A stretch of 56,120 bases of DNA, the filler included, from Sphacelaria rigidula (lineage: Eukaryota): NCBI GenBank assembly GCA_964200075.2. It is 3 parts of 3 records of this genome, joined end to end, with 100 filler letters (N's around TTAATTAATTAA, not from the genome) between each part and the next. Parts side by side here need not be neighbours in the genome. Positions count along the whole stretch, not along the records: positions 37,483 to 56,120 come from CAXNAA020000822.1; 2 more parts are not named here. One strand, 5' to 3'. The notes beneath the pieces were generated by a model, which ran no database searches, had not been told where the DNA came from, and saw only the letters and a program-made list of their open reading frames with translations. The position numbers were made by a program, and so were the translations under genes. Position 1 is the stretch's first letter, and each line of letters begins with the position of its first letter. Positions 45,185-56,120 of this stretch are shown here, in pieces.

Positions 45185-46741
45185 TGCTAGTACCAGGGTA
45201 ATCCACGAGTCTACACGAGTCCACAACCGCGACGGGATCATATCTCCCTCGGCATAGTTCCGAGAATATCTATGGATCCCTCCGCTCCGTTCCAGGAATG
45301 TTCATGTCTCCGGCATAGTCCCGGGAATGTTCTTCCAGGAACACTAGTCTGTCCTCTCGGGTCAATGTCCATCCTATCCCCGGAGTAATAGTCATACTCC
45401 AACTCGGAATGGTGCTTGACAAAAGCGGCTTTATCCATGTCTTCTTCAACTACTGGTGTTTGCCAATACGCACTCATGACATCCATGACCGTGATAAATT
45501 CTGCACCTCGAACCGAGTCGAGACATGTGTCGATATTCGGAAGAGACCATGTTTTTGCGGATAAGGGATGGGTTCGCCTGAGCATGGACTCCTGATCGGA
45601 AATTTCTCAGCATCCTTTTACCATCCCAACCCATCGACAGCTATAACCAACTTATGATATAAAAGTACAGTTGGTCATGCTGTCGACCGACTTCAAGTTT
45701 TAAAAGTACCGTCGGTCACACCTCACATCAATCTTTCCCAACATATACCCCATGGTCACCCACAAATATCAATAGCCATGCAAATTATATAACTCCCACC
45801 ATGCTTTCCTCATAATTTCAGGGTGTAAAGCAAAGGGAGTATACCCAGTCTTGTGAAAAAAAACTGCCCTCTCACACAGCAAGGCACTGCTGTGTCGTGT
45901 TGACGTCTAAAAAGCTGCTTACAAAATACACGATCATGTCAAAATCATCAACGGTACTATTCCACTACCACCGACACTGGTCAAATAGGGAATTATGACC
46001 AAAGTATCACAAGCGCGCCGTCTATGTATATACGGAGGTATTCAAACTTGTCCACAAAACCCCTGCGTCTTTCTGTATTGTCCATCAGCTCTGTTAAAAT
46101 CAGTTTGAGTATGATTTTTAAGTCTGTTCCTGATCAAATTAGTTACTATCTTCACTTCGTCCAGCATCTCAAAATTTCATATCCTCTGGTACATTCGGTC
46201 TTTCGTTCTTTGATGCCTTGTTCGTATCGCTCGGCAGTACACCCATCGGAGCAAGTGTTATTGTTGAAACTCTCACACGCATTTTCAGGCACGAATGACT
46301 TGGATCCAACCAAGTACTCCATTTTTCTCCTAGATTTGATCGACTAGCCGGCTTAACACCATCATATCTCCGGAGATGTTACAGTAGTACCACGGTAATC
46401 CACCAGTCTAGACGGGTCCACAACTGCGACGGGACCATATCTCCCTCGGCATAGTTCCGAGAATATCTATCGATCCCTCCGCTCCGGTCCAGGAACGTAC
46501 ATTTCTCCGGTATAGTCCCGGGAATGTTCTTCCAGCAACACTACTCTGTCCTCTCGGGCCAATGTCAATCATATCCCCCGAGTAATAGTAATAGTCATAC
46601 CCCAACTCGAGGTGGTGCTTCTCCCGGCACCCCTTAAGATCACCTCTCCTCTCGACCCTGGAGTCTCTCTCCACACAAGAATGAACTGTCTAGGCACGTC
46701 CCACGGCCAAGTCCGTGGCTCCCGACACTACTTCTTTCACA
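45185..46741 (-). mobile_element. Scrambled Ty3/gypsy LTR retrotransposon relics
   Basis: 45420-45560 (-) encodes WSLPNIDTCLDSVRGAEFITVMDVMSAYWQTPVVEEDMDKAAFV (gypsy RT N-terminal motif). About 230 bp direct repeats at 45188-45418 and 46385-46620; the second lies in a TG...CA block (46377-46741, LTR-like). Weak chromodomain-like EYLV at about 46320. Confidence 0.75.
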
Positions 46742-46884
46742 CCCAGGGGTAGTAGCCTTATTTTTGGGTAAATTATCTGAATTTCCATGCTTGAAAATGT
46801 GAGGACGCGGGTGGCAAAATTGAGTTGATGTTGACTGAGTTTATTGCACGGTTAGGACGAATGATCACGACTACGAATCACCAA

Positions 46885-47012
46885 GTCCACGATTTCTTCG
46901 GCCTGATTGCCNNNNNNTACCTGGGTTGCAACGCTGAAAACAAAGCCTGGGGATTGATTCGTACGATTCGAATCAAATGTACTAAAGCCAAGTAATTTCC
47001 AGACGAATGATT
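46885..47012. repeat. Dispersed repeat, inverted copy at about 53135-53345
   Basis: tacctgggttgcaacgctgaaaacaaagc...gattgattcgtac is the reverse complement of 53170-53230. Confidence 0.7.
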
Positions 47013-47798
47013 ATTTGTCCGACCCTTGGTTTGTCGACCAGAGTCGACGCGGTGCGGGAGTGCTGGTGGCCATGATCCATTCCGCGAGAGAAACCAATGT
47101 TCAAGGCGTATCCGCGGAGAGAGACGTGCTGATCGCTCATGATCACGGACATCATAACATAAGGGATATCATGACCGTGAACATGGCCCGAGGAAGGGGA
47201 ACGGTTGAAAGAGTGGCGAACAAAAATAACTACGGTACGTTCGGTGCAAGTGCAGAGACGGATTGAGCACCTTGCAAGCAGTAGCAGCAGTTGCAGCGGT
47301 GACCGGCTACGCTTGAGAAAAATGGCGGGGCAGGATACATGCATGTAAAATGTCGAACGGTGTGGTCAATCACGAGGGGGGGGGGGTGTACTCATGATCA
47401 TGCATGCCATAGTCATCAGACCATTGACCTCGCATCCCTAGAACAGCCGGGACTGAGCACGCCGGGTTTTCACTGGACCAGGCTCGTTCACGAGGGGGGG
47501 CACACCAGGGGGAAAGTTGGTGCGGCACTGCGGCGGTGCGCCAAATCTCAAGCGTGTGACAGTAGTTACGCAGAGGACGTTACTCCGCAGGAGTCTCTTT
47601 TTGTTTTTATCGACATGGCATCGTTGTCTAGTTAGTCCATGACAATGGAAAGCAGTATATTTCCAGAGTACGAAGCACATCATGCATATCACTGTTCGTG
47701 GTTGATGCTGTGTGTAGGTACTGTAATTGATGTTGCTGCTGCTGTTGTTCCTGTTATTGTTGTTGCCGCTGCTGCTGCTATTGTGTGATGTGTTGCAG

Positions 47799-47878
47799 GG
47801 CTGTAGGCAAACCGCCGCTAATGCACGTCCATCGACCGGATTTCGGATCCACGGACAAGGAGTTTGTTCTTCAAAAAG
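47799..47878 (+). CDS. Pseudouridine synthase exon (motif I); GC donor
   Basis: cag|g AVGKPPLMHVHRPDFGSTDKEFVLQK g|gcgagt. Confidence 0.8.
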
Positions 47879-50800
47879 GCGAGTATCGTACCGAATTGGT
47901 ACGGCATGCTACGTTATTTTTTTTACAGTGATCGGGAAACTCTCAGAGTCGCGAGCGGATTCACAACCCCACGTCGAGTAAACGACCTGTGCAGTGTCGA
48001 TGGTGCGATGTAAACTCATCCGCTGCCCCTTCCTGCGATATCTGCTATCGTGCGACCAAACGCGTTCGAACAACATGCTGCGTTGAGCTACATTTATGCT
48101 CCGCAATGACAGTGTGTTGTCGTCCCATCTTTTCTGGACGCCGTTCTACACCTTTCGGTACATGTATGTAGGCGCACCAGCCGGGGTCACACAGGAGGAA
48201 GGTTAACACAGCAGTGCTATTCTTTTTTATATGTCTTGAGTGCCCCACCTTCCTCCTGCGGTGCTTGCCTTATTTGTTTTGTCGCGAGAGGGGTTCAGCA
48301 CTCCCTTTCCCTCGTCGACCGCTAAGCCGAATTTTGTGTACCCACGACGCAGTCGCTCTCCACTGTTGGGCATGGTCTGAGAAAAAATCCTAGGTCGCTC
48401 CGAGGTTTGAACCCATGACCCAGTGTGGGGTGGTTATAGCTTTCGCTGATACACCACACGGTTTCCCCGAGCTGAAGTTTGAATATGCTAGACGCTTCAC
48501 ATCCGCAAACGGTTGTGGCCATGTTCAACCACAAAAATTGTGGAGAATCCCCCAGGAAGCTCCACCCCAGTCAGCAGCTTTGGGGATATATATATATATA
48601 TAGTGCGGCGAATATAGCCAGTGGTGATCGATTTATCCGTTTTTCACAGTTCCACCGCCTTGCATGTATGTAACATGTTGGACGATTACACCGTGTACCC
48701 ATTTGCAAGCGGCTCAACGGGTAAGTTGACGCTCGAACTGCCCGCCTTGTCCTCAAATTTCGTGTCCCACCCTGTCATGTGCGTGGCCGCGTGCAGCTCG
48801 TGACGAGCTTGGGGAGCGGATCTACTTCCCTCACCGATTAGACAGGGGTACTTCGGGGTGTCTTCTCATGGGTTTCAGCCCCGAGGCGTCGAAGGTGATG
48901 CCCATAATGTCCAGAGTAGTTTTATCACATCACCCCAACGACTCTGGACATAATATGGCAGCACGAGCAGTATGCTGTGCATCAAGCAAGAGTCGGGCAT
49001 GCCAGTTGGCCTGCGAGTACTTTTGTTTGTCCGGTTTTACGTACCAAACCGACATCCCGTGTGTACCTCGTGCCAACGGTGTTTTCGTACCGCGTAGGTG
49101 ACGTCGTGCTCCACAGTTGTGTAGGATGCATGGTGGGTTCTCGGTGTTCCGCCGTATTTATTGTGAAGTTTTTCTACACATTCCGACAACCAAATTGTAA
49201 AGTCAACGCACTCGATGGAGCACGTAGTCATCAAGATATCGTTGCACAGCTGGCAACCACCTCTGCAGACGTCTTGGCAAGAATCCGGCTAACATTCTAG
49301 CCACTCCGCACAAACGGCTGGCGTATATGTGGTCAACACGGCAAGAAGTGCATCAGCTTCTGTAGAAACTCGAAAGTCCTTCCCTATCTAGACCCCAAGA
49401 ATCGCGATCTCGCCTAAAAAACTTCACGTTGTAACGACGGCAGTGCACTGCAACCGAGCACATGCTGCCGAGCTTGGTAGGAACCTTCGTTCAAGCCCGA
49501 TTTCGCGCTCATAGCCCCACTTAAAAGTGCGGTATATTCTGGTGGTAGTTTGATTGGTACCACAGCATTTTAACTGACGGCAGGGATGTATCCTGTCTGG
49601 ATTGGAGGAAAAAACATTTTTTTCGTCATACTATCGATCACTCCTTCTCTTGGGGACGAGTCCACAGTATCACAATAATCAGCACATGCCCCCCCCCCCC
49701 CCCCCCCCCCCCCCCGTCCCCCTCCCCCTTCCCGCCGACTCCATCGCGCCNNNNNNNNNNCCCCCCCCCTCCCCGGCTCGAAAGGGATGGGGGGGTAATT
49801 GTCCAAAAACAAAAGCCAGAAACAAAAGAGGACCCCCCCCCCCCCCCCCCCTCCTGCGCGCGCCGGTACATGCTTGACATTCTTGTATCGCGGATTAGAT
49901 TAGCACTTGCGCACCGAGTTCACTCCCGCCAACATTTCTTTGTTAGTCGCCTCGCCATTTTTTCAACGACAGAAGCCGGAATTTGCCCCAAGTTATCGTA
50001 TATTAATTTGATTGATTGATTGATTATCTCACATTAGCTATTGCAACAACCCAGCCCGTGGTCAGGAGCAGCAAAAAAAAAAAACAGAATGAGAAAAAAA
50101 GACAGAAGCAACAGCCTCAGAAAGGAAAAAAAGGGGGCGACGATAACAACCAAAACACCAACAACACCAACAACAACAACAACAACAACAAAAACGACAA
50201 CAAGAACAAACAAAGATTTACACAAACACAAATACAAGCACGAACAACACAAAATATGGTGATCGCGCATTACGTAGCTGATTGCAACACTCCAGCTCGT
50301 GGTCAGAAGAAAAAGGAGAAAAATGAAAGAAAATGAAGGAAAAAAAAATAAAAATATAATAAAAATAAAAGAATATAACGTAAAGAAAGGAAAACGACAG
50401 ACAAGAAGACAGAGACAGGCTCGTTCCGGCGGCGGGGGGAGGGGGGAGAGGCGGGGGAGCACAGACGAAGCGAAAACAGACAAGAAAAAAAAGAAACCAC
50501 CAGGAACAGAAAATGAACAAATCAGAGATGATGTCGGAGTTCGAACCCGCAACCGTCTGCGCAAAATAGCTATTGGTATGTATGTATATATATGTTGGCG
50601 GAAATCACTCAGCTGAAAAAATGTGTGCCCCTGGCTTGTTATTATTGAACAATGACACACGTCAGACAGCTCATGAGCTACCTAAATTCACTAATTACAG
50701 AGGACTCTCAGACTCGTTGCTCCCGAAACAAAAGATGCGTGACCGTGGGGTCAGAGAAGTCAAAGCGCAAGCTTTGCGTTACTCCGCGCCCTTGCCATCC

Positions 50801-52660
50801 AGCTCTGCATCGGGCAAATTTGGGCACAAGGGGTTGAATGAGCTAGCTCATGATATGGATCACGACACTAAAAACAAGGTATATTGAGGTGATTCATGAG
50901 CTGTCCGACGTTTGAACAGCTAGCGAAATAGAAACGCATATCCCTGATGTTCACCTCAAAATTAGTCTGCATCACAAATTTTGCCGCATTTTTTTTTTTC
51001 TTCAGGCTTGTTGCGGGTCAGAAAAGTCATGCGCGGGTTTCGAGCTCCACACACCGCGTGCCCTGCAGCGCTGTAGAAGCGTCAGCGAGAATCAAGAGTC
51101 TGGTATCTCGTTTGTATGTCGTCGCGGATGCTTCCCATATGCGTTCGGCGACGGTTTTATCACCCCGCATGCGTCCAACGCACGTTGTTATCGGCCGTAC
51201 AGCGAAACGTATATGTTTTACAAAATAGAGGGGAAATGGACGATAACCAAGCACAGCCGACTTTGTAGCTAAATGCGGGGGTTCGATTAACAGCACTAGC
51301 TAGGTATTGGTCGAAACCTGTACTCACAGAATTCTCCCTTATGCCCGTGCTGTGGATGCATTTGTAGTTGGTGCCAAGAAAAGTGGAAAAAAAAAAAAAC
51401 TTCATAAACATATTGTTCCGAAATGTGTTCCACGTGCTTCGGGATGCTGAACTCACGAATGTGCCCACAGAAATATCTGCGTTGGAAAGCCCTTGGCGAG
51501 AGCTTTCATTCGATGGACGTTTCCACAAGCAATCCCTGCCACACAATGAAATGAAATTCCGCTGCTTTGATCAGTTCGATCATCGGGGCGCGGCGTCTTT
51601 GTTTTGTATTTCTCACACTTTCAACCCCCCCCCCCCCCCCCCTTTGGGCGGGGGCGCCGCCTCATGGTCTAATTATCTTCAAGGATCAACCCCCCCCCCC
51701 CCCNNNNNNNNNNCAGTTCGATCATCGGGGCGCGGCGTCTTTTTTTTGTATTTCCCCCCCTTTCAACCCCCCCCCCCCCTTCCTGTGGGCGAGTCCGTCG
51801 TCTAATGGTCTAATGATCTCAAGGAATCAACCCATCTCTCCCTCTGGCACGCGCGATTCACTGTGTTCTCGCGGATTGGACTATGACCAACAACACTCCT
51901 GCACTCCCGCACGGGGAACTCAGCCAAACAAATCCTTGGTGTTACCCACCTACTCACGGTTTTGCCGTTCAACGACCGAAATCAGACAAGGGCAGGTCGA
52001 GCAGGGTATATTCAATTGCGGGGTATTTTGAAAGTCGTACTTTAAGGACTCAACTGAGGGTAAAGTGTTAGGAGTCGTACCCAAAAAATAACTGGAAAGC
52101 GACCCCCTAAAAGGCCACTGTCCCCCAATTGGTGTACTTTTAATTTTAAGCACGACGTTCAAAATACCCCGCAATTGAGTATACTCTACTCGACCTACCG
52201 TCGAAATCAGATACTTTGAGGAATAACCCCAACCGCACCTGACGGGAATTGACTCCGCGTTTTCCCCTCCGGATTGATGTAACCTGTACCATAGGACCAC
52301 CGGGCGCGGTGGATAGGGTGCAAAAAATGGGCGCTCGGCGACTGACGCTGTGTATGCGAAATACCATTAACTCTGTGGGCGGTGCTACGATCTATAGGAT
52401 GCGATCGACATGCACTTTACGAGCAGCATAGTGGCCACGATGGTTTCGCTAGGCACGGCGTGAGCTGGCAAACCCGGCTCCTCGGGCCTGGTGCCTGACT
52501 TGCGTTATGTGTTTCTGGCGCCTCTTGCATGAAAATCAGTCATAGCGGCACCATGCCAGTCAGTCGGATTTACCCTAGGTTGGGGTAGTCAGCCTGTGAC
52601 CACGGAAGGCGTCCGCATCAAGAGTACTGCGCAGATGTCGGAACGGGTTTTAATGCGAAG

Positions 52661-52694
<34 letters not shown>

Positions 52695-54394
52695 GCTCAG
52701 CAAAAGGCGGTACAACGGTACAATGTGTTGGATACGGGATGATGTAAGGCCAAGTCAGGCACGCCTTGGCGTCGTTACATGTGCGTTGAAGAAATGTGCA
52801 ACTTTTTTTCACGCCGTTTCATCCACCGCATGGACGCACCCCCGCTAAATCGTTTGTAACGAGCCGCTTATGATCCCCACATCACGTGTATTTTTCTTCG
52901 AGATCTCAATAGACTGCACAGCGCGAGGGGTCAAGGTATTTAGAGCCAGCAGATCCCGACAGAGGGGACGCGGTAAAACCAGTGCTGATGTCGAATCAAA
53001 TGCAGCTTTTCAATCGATTTTCGACGTAGTATCCCAAATGAGTTGAGGCATTCAACCGACAAAGTCTGCGCAGTCCCGTAAATCCGAACATAATAGAGAT
53101 ACCTAATCCTGAAGTTGCGCGGGCCGGACGATTTAATGATTCGTCCGGAAATCACTTGGTTTCAGTGTGATTTGATTCGTACGGTACGAATCAATCCTCA
53201 CGCTTTGTTTTCAGCGTTGCAACGCAGGTAGGCGCAGCCCAGGCACGTGGCACGGCGCAAAAGTTGCGTGGAGACCTGTTTGACCAGCGGTCGACTTTTT
53301 TTCTCTCTTTCGATCAATCAGGCCTGAGAAATCGTGGGTTTGATGATTCGGGCGCCGGTTGCCGGCGTCGTCTCAGTGACATGGCAAGCCATGTAAGACA
53401 TGAGCGGCAGTATCTTGCAATATCACCATGCCCGTCCGCACGATTGATTGATTGTCGCACATCAACTGATCACCATCCAGAAGACGGACCCAGTCGTGGT
53501 CATTATTCACAAGGTAGACGCATCCAAGGTACCCAGACGGAAACAATCGTTACTCGTACGTGAGGAAAAATAGAAATAAAAAGCAGAAATGACAGACTTG
53601 ACTTGAGAAAAAAGACGAGGTAAAAAAATTATTTTATGGCCGGCGTCCGCAACACGGCTTCAGGTGGGAAAGGTGTCGCGCAAACAACACATGCACTTAT
53701 ACCCAAAACGAAAAACGAAAAGACCGCGGGAACAGATTGCGGCTCAGCTATTATGGTTCGGCCATACTGTTTGGGTATGAGCTCTCACCCATGAACCCTA
53801 ACGGAAGCGAGACACCACACTGCCAAGGAGAGGGGGCTAAGCGACAAAACGGCGACAGCCGCCGCACTCCTTCATCCTACATCGCTCTCTTTTGCCCCAA
53901 CCCACTGAACTCTGCCCGTTGCCTGTTGAGTACGCTGCAAACTTCGCAGTCAACTTCACCTTGTCGGATGCTGTCGCCTGCCCTGATTAAATTGGAATCA
54001 AGCTCGCAGAGTTCAGCACCCCAAACCGAGATGCTCATAATCATGAGTCAGGATGAGAAAGAGTTTGAAAGTGCATGAGACATAAGCTCCGACGTGATAC
54101 TTATTTCGCCTGCAGTAATACGTATACAGTAAAAGTGCCGAGCAAGTACCATGAGATCGTCATGATCTAAATGGCTTGGTCGACCCACCTACCTAACCGT
54201 AACCCCTTGCATTCCTCTTCGTACGCTCGGACAGCGCAGGCTTGGAACATGACACTATCCTCCGCGAAATATGCCGTGTTACTTCTTTTCCCCAGGTTCT
54301 TCACAGAGCTCTGAGTGACAAGCAATCTTGCAAGACGTACGTGGCGATCGTTCGGGGTAGCGGGAAGGCGTACATCGGAAGGGGATGGTTCACT
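47799..54394 (+). CDS. RluA/TruC-family pseudouridine synthase, partial (three internal exons; 5' exons not found, 3' end beyond the window)
   Basis: Exons 47799-47878 (AVGKPPLMHVHRP, motif I), 48797-48894 (ARDELGERIYFPHRLDRGTSGCLLMG, catalytic HRLD) and 54296-54394 (VLHRALSDKQSCKTYVAIVRG, motif IIa) join in frame with phases 1 and 0. Confidence 0.88.
48110..48440 (-). mobile_element. SINE family B copy
   Basis: Reverse complement gggtcatgGGTTCAAACC...gggtacacaaaattc...gagggaaaggga...gcaccgcaggaggaagg matches 27215-27480. Confidence 0.7.
48797..48894 (+). CDS. Pseudouridine synthase exon (catalytic HRLD)
   Basis: cag|RDELGERIYFPHRLDRGTSGCLLMGFSPEASK|gtgatg. Confidence 0.9.
51990..52200. repeat. 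Inverted repeat, MITE-like
   Basis: aggtcgagcagggtatattcaattgcggggtattttgaa / ttcaaaataccccgcaattgagtatactctactcgacct. Confidence 0.75.
52583..52693 (+). mobile_element. Retroposon 3' end with (CAA)n tail, copy 2
   Basis: Homologous to 20640-20790. Confidence 0.7.
54296..54394 (+). CDS. Pseudouridine synthase exon (KTYVAIVRG)
   Basis: ttcttttccccag|VLHRALSDKQSCKTYVAIVRGSGKAYIGRGWFT|gtgagt. Confidence 0.85.
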
Positions 54395-54904
54395 GTGAGT
54401 CGTGACAGCGAGTGCGACGTATCAGCCACCCCTTAGCATCATTTACCCTGTTTTACGTGATCTACACCCGGTGACCTTCATTGAGGTCGCCTATTTCGGC
54501 ACTGGCGGCCTGAATACCTCCGTCAAACTTGTTCTGGATCCTGTCGCACAAGTTGTTGGCCCCCGTGTATTTACATTTTCAACAGCTATCATACACCGTG
54601 TCCCGGAACACGTACAGCTATTGTTTGCCCCGTGCAACATTGGAACTCAACGTGTTTTGTCCCTCAAGCATCAGATGATCTTCACGAGTTGGGTTCACCG
54701 CTTGTGCAACATTTTTAGTATTATGCCTGCAGGTACGTGCGCGCCTACACGCTTTTGAAGTTGATCCCTTCCACGTTTCGTTTGCTCCGCTGTCGTAGTC
54801 CAGCCCTTTGGAAAGCTTTTCTAGCTGACTGTGTGTCACACATGAAACAAAGTTCAACAATCTCAAACAGTCACAATTCAGTGAAATTTACCGATGTTAA
54901 TTTA

Positions 54905-56120
54905 CATTGAAGAGTTGCTGTGGAAACGGAAGCTTTCTACAGGCAAAGGCTTAGTTAACACGTCTGCATGCTGCTCAGCTGACGGTACACACACCAGCTA
55001 CCAGTTCCCTCGGAAAATGATATCGCACATCTACTACATGCTTACTGTTGTGTGATTTCCGAGGATTGTTCACAGGCTGTTTCGCCCCCTGGTTGCCTTC
55101 GTACACGGGTCAATGGCATGCACATCTCCTTCACGTGCGGCTGCGTGAACTTTAGCACCGCGCTTCCGAACAGTGCCTCCTTCACCATGTCCCCCTTCGC
55201 TACATATTCTGCCTGCGTTGTAGACAAAGGTGTATTTTTTTCGTCCTAGAAAAGATTCCCACGACGGCCCCACAGTAAAATATCGCCCGTCCCGGTACCG
55301 AACGCCCATCATTAAAATTTTCGTAGTCAATATCCGCAAATGCCCACAACTCCTTACTCGAATGCCTGACATACGTGATAACAAAGTCTACTGTACTGTT
55401 GAGGTACTCGAACATGCGCAACACTCTCCGCCAGTCTTCAGGAGTGAGACTCTCGTGGTGGCGGAGTGCAGTCTTGACTGCATCGGCGATGTCGGGGTGT
55501 GTGTTGTTGGATAGCCACATCAGCGTACTCACTGCTTCACGGTACTTTTCCTTCCTCCACGGCATCACTCTTATCCACCCTGATCTCTCTCTAGGTGTTG
55601 GAGATCAGAAACATGCTATTGTAATTGTTGCTCTTGGTGCTATTGCTGAAGTAGGCGGGTCTACTGCCTTGTCCGCCCCAATTCCGGCTCGATAAGCTTA
55701 GGGTCCTGCTCACTGTCAGAACCCATGCTGCCGGTAGTGGACGATTCAATCGATGTCGAAGATGCAGGCTACGATGACGGTTGCTCTAGCATGTCATCCC
55801 CACCGATCTCGCTTGATGTTTGTGCGAGTTCCACCCCCGCGCCACCATCAAATGCACCTTCCACGGGCATCAACTGAGCCGAACCTCCCTCCCCTACGTG
55901 GGTGTCCAATTCGCTAGACTCGAGTTGCTCGGCGTCGCCCTCCCCGCTTTCTAGATCTACAAGGTTCCCCCCCCCCATGGTGGTGACGCACCCATGAGGC
56001 AGTGTATAAGCCGTGGCTGTCTCTCGAAGTGGCGATACCAGATAATAAAGCAACTCACAGGAGGCTGTCATCCAAATGCAAGATATTCCGTAGGCTTCGG
56101 GCCGAAAAATCTTAGCAGGG
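54905..56120 (-). mobile_element. Degenerate Ty1/copia retrotransposon (RT C-terminus and RNase H) in the pseudouridine synthase intron
   Basis: Frameshifted YREAVSTLMWLSNNTHPDIA, LWAFADIDY...RSVPG, LSTTQAEYVA, DVRYHF and EQHADVLTKPL motifs between about 55570 and 54905; the acidic linker-like segment to the window end is assigned by adjacency only. Confidence 0.85.

Noticed and set aside
1..56120. Integrated phaeovirus (giant virus) provirus, suggested by EsV-1-7 plus a DNA polymerase
   Set aside because: The polymerase is an intron-rich host Y-family enzyme, not a viral B-family one; no capsid, integrase or gene-dense intronless block is present.

Overview
Repeat-rich, intron-rich eukaryotic genomic DNA, most likely from a brown alga (Phaeophyceae), inferred from an EsV-1-7 repeat protein, long TE-filled introns and the splice-site style. 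The ORF track misses most real genes because they are spliced, so I assembled exons by hand. Genes: (1) a minus-strand EsV-1-7 Cys/His-repeat protein (2464-5685, about 21 repeats of 38 aa); (2) a complete 11-exon Y-family DNA polymerase iota-like gene on + (22112-35812, 866 aa by my model) with two GC-AG introns, a PIP-box-like motif and a C-terminal C2H2-type zinc finger; (3) three internal exons of an RluA/TruC-family pseudouridine synthase on + (47799-54394, one more GC donor, running off the window); (4) a less certain minus-strand multi-exon gene or pseudogene divergent from the polymerase, with an in-frame TGA. The rest is transposon debris: hAT, Tc1/mariner-like and Harbinger-like MITEs, an Academ-like relic, gypsy and copia fragments, two tRNA-derived SINE families, microsatellite-tailed retroposon ends and several long foldbacks. 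There are also assembly gaps with TTAATTAATTAA linkers. I see no CRISPR array and no clear-cut new multi-gene system; the best leads are under findings.
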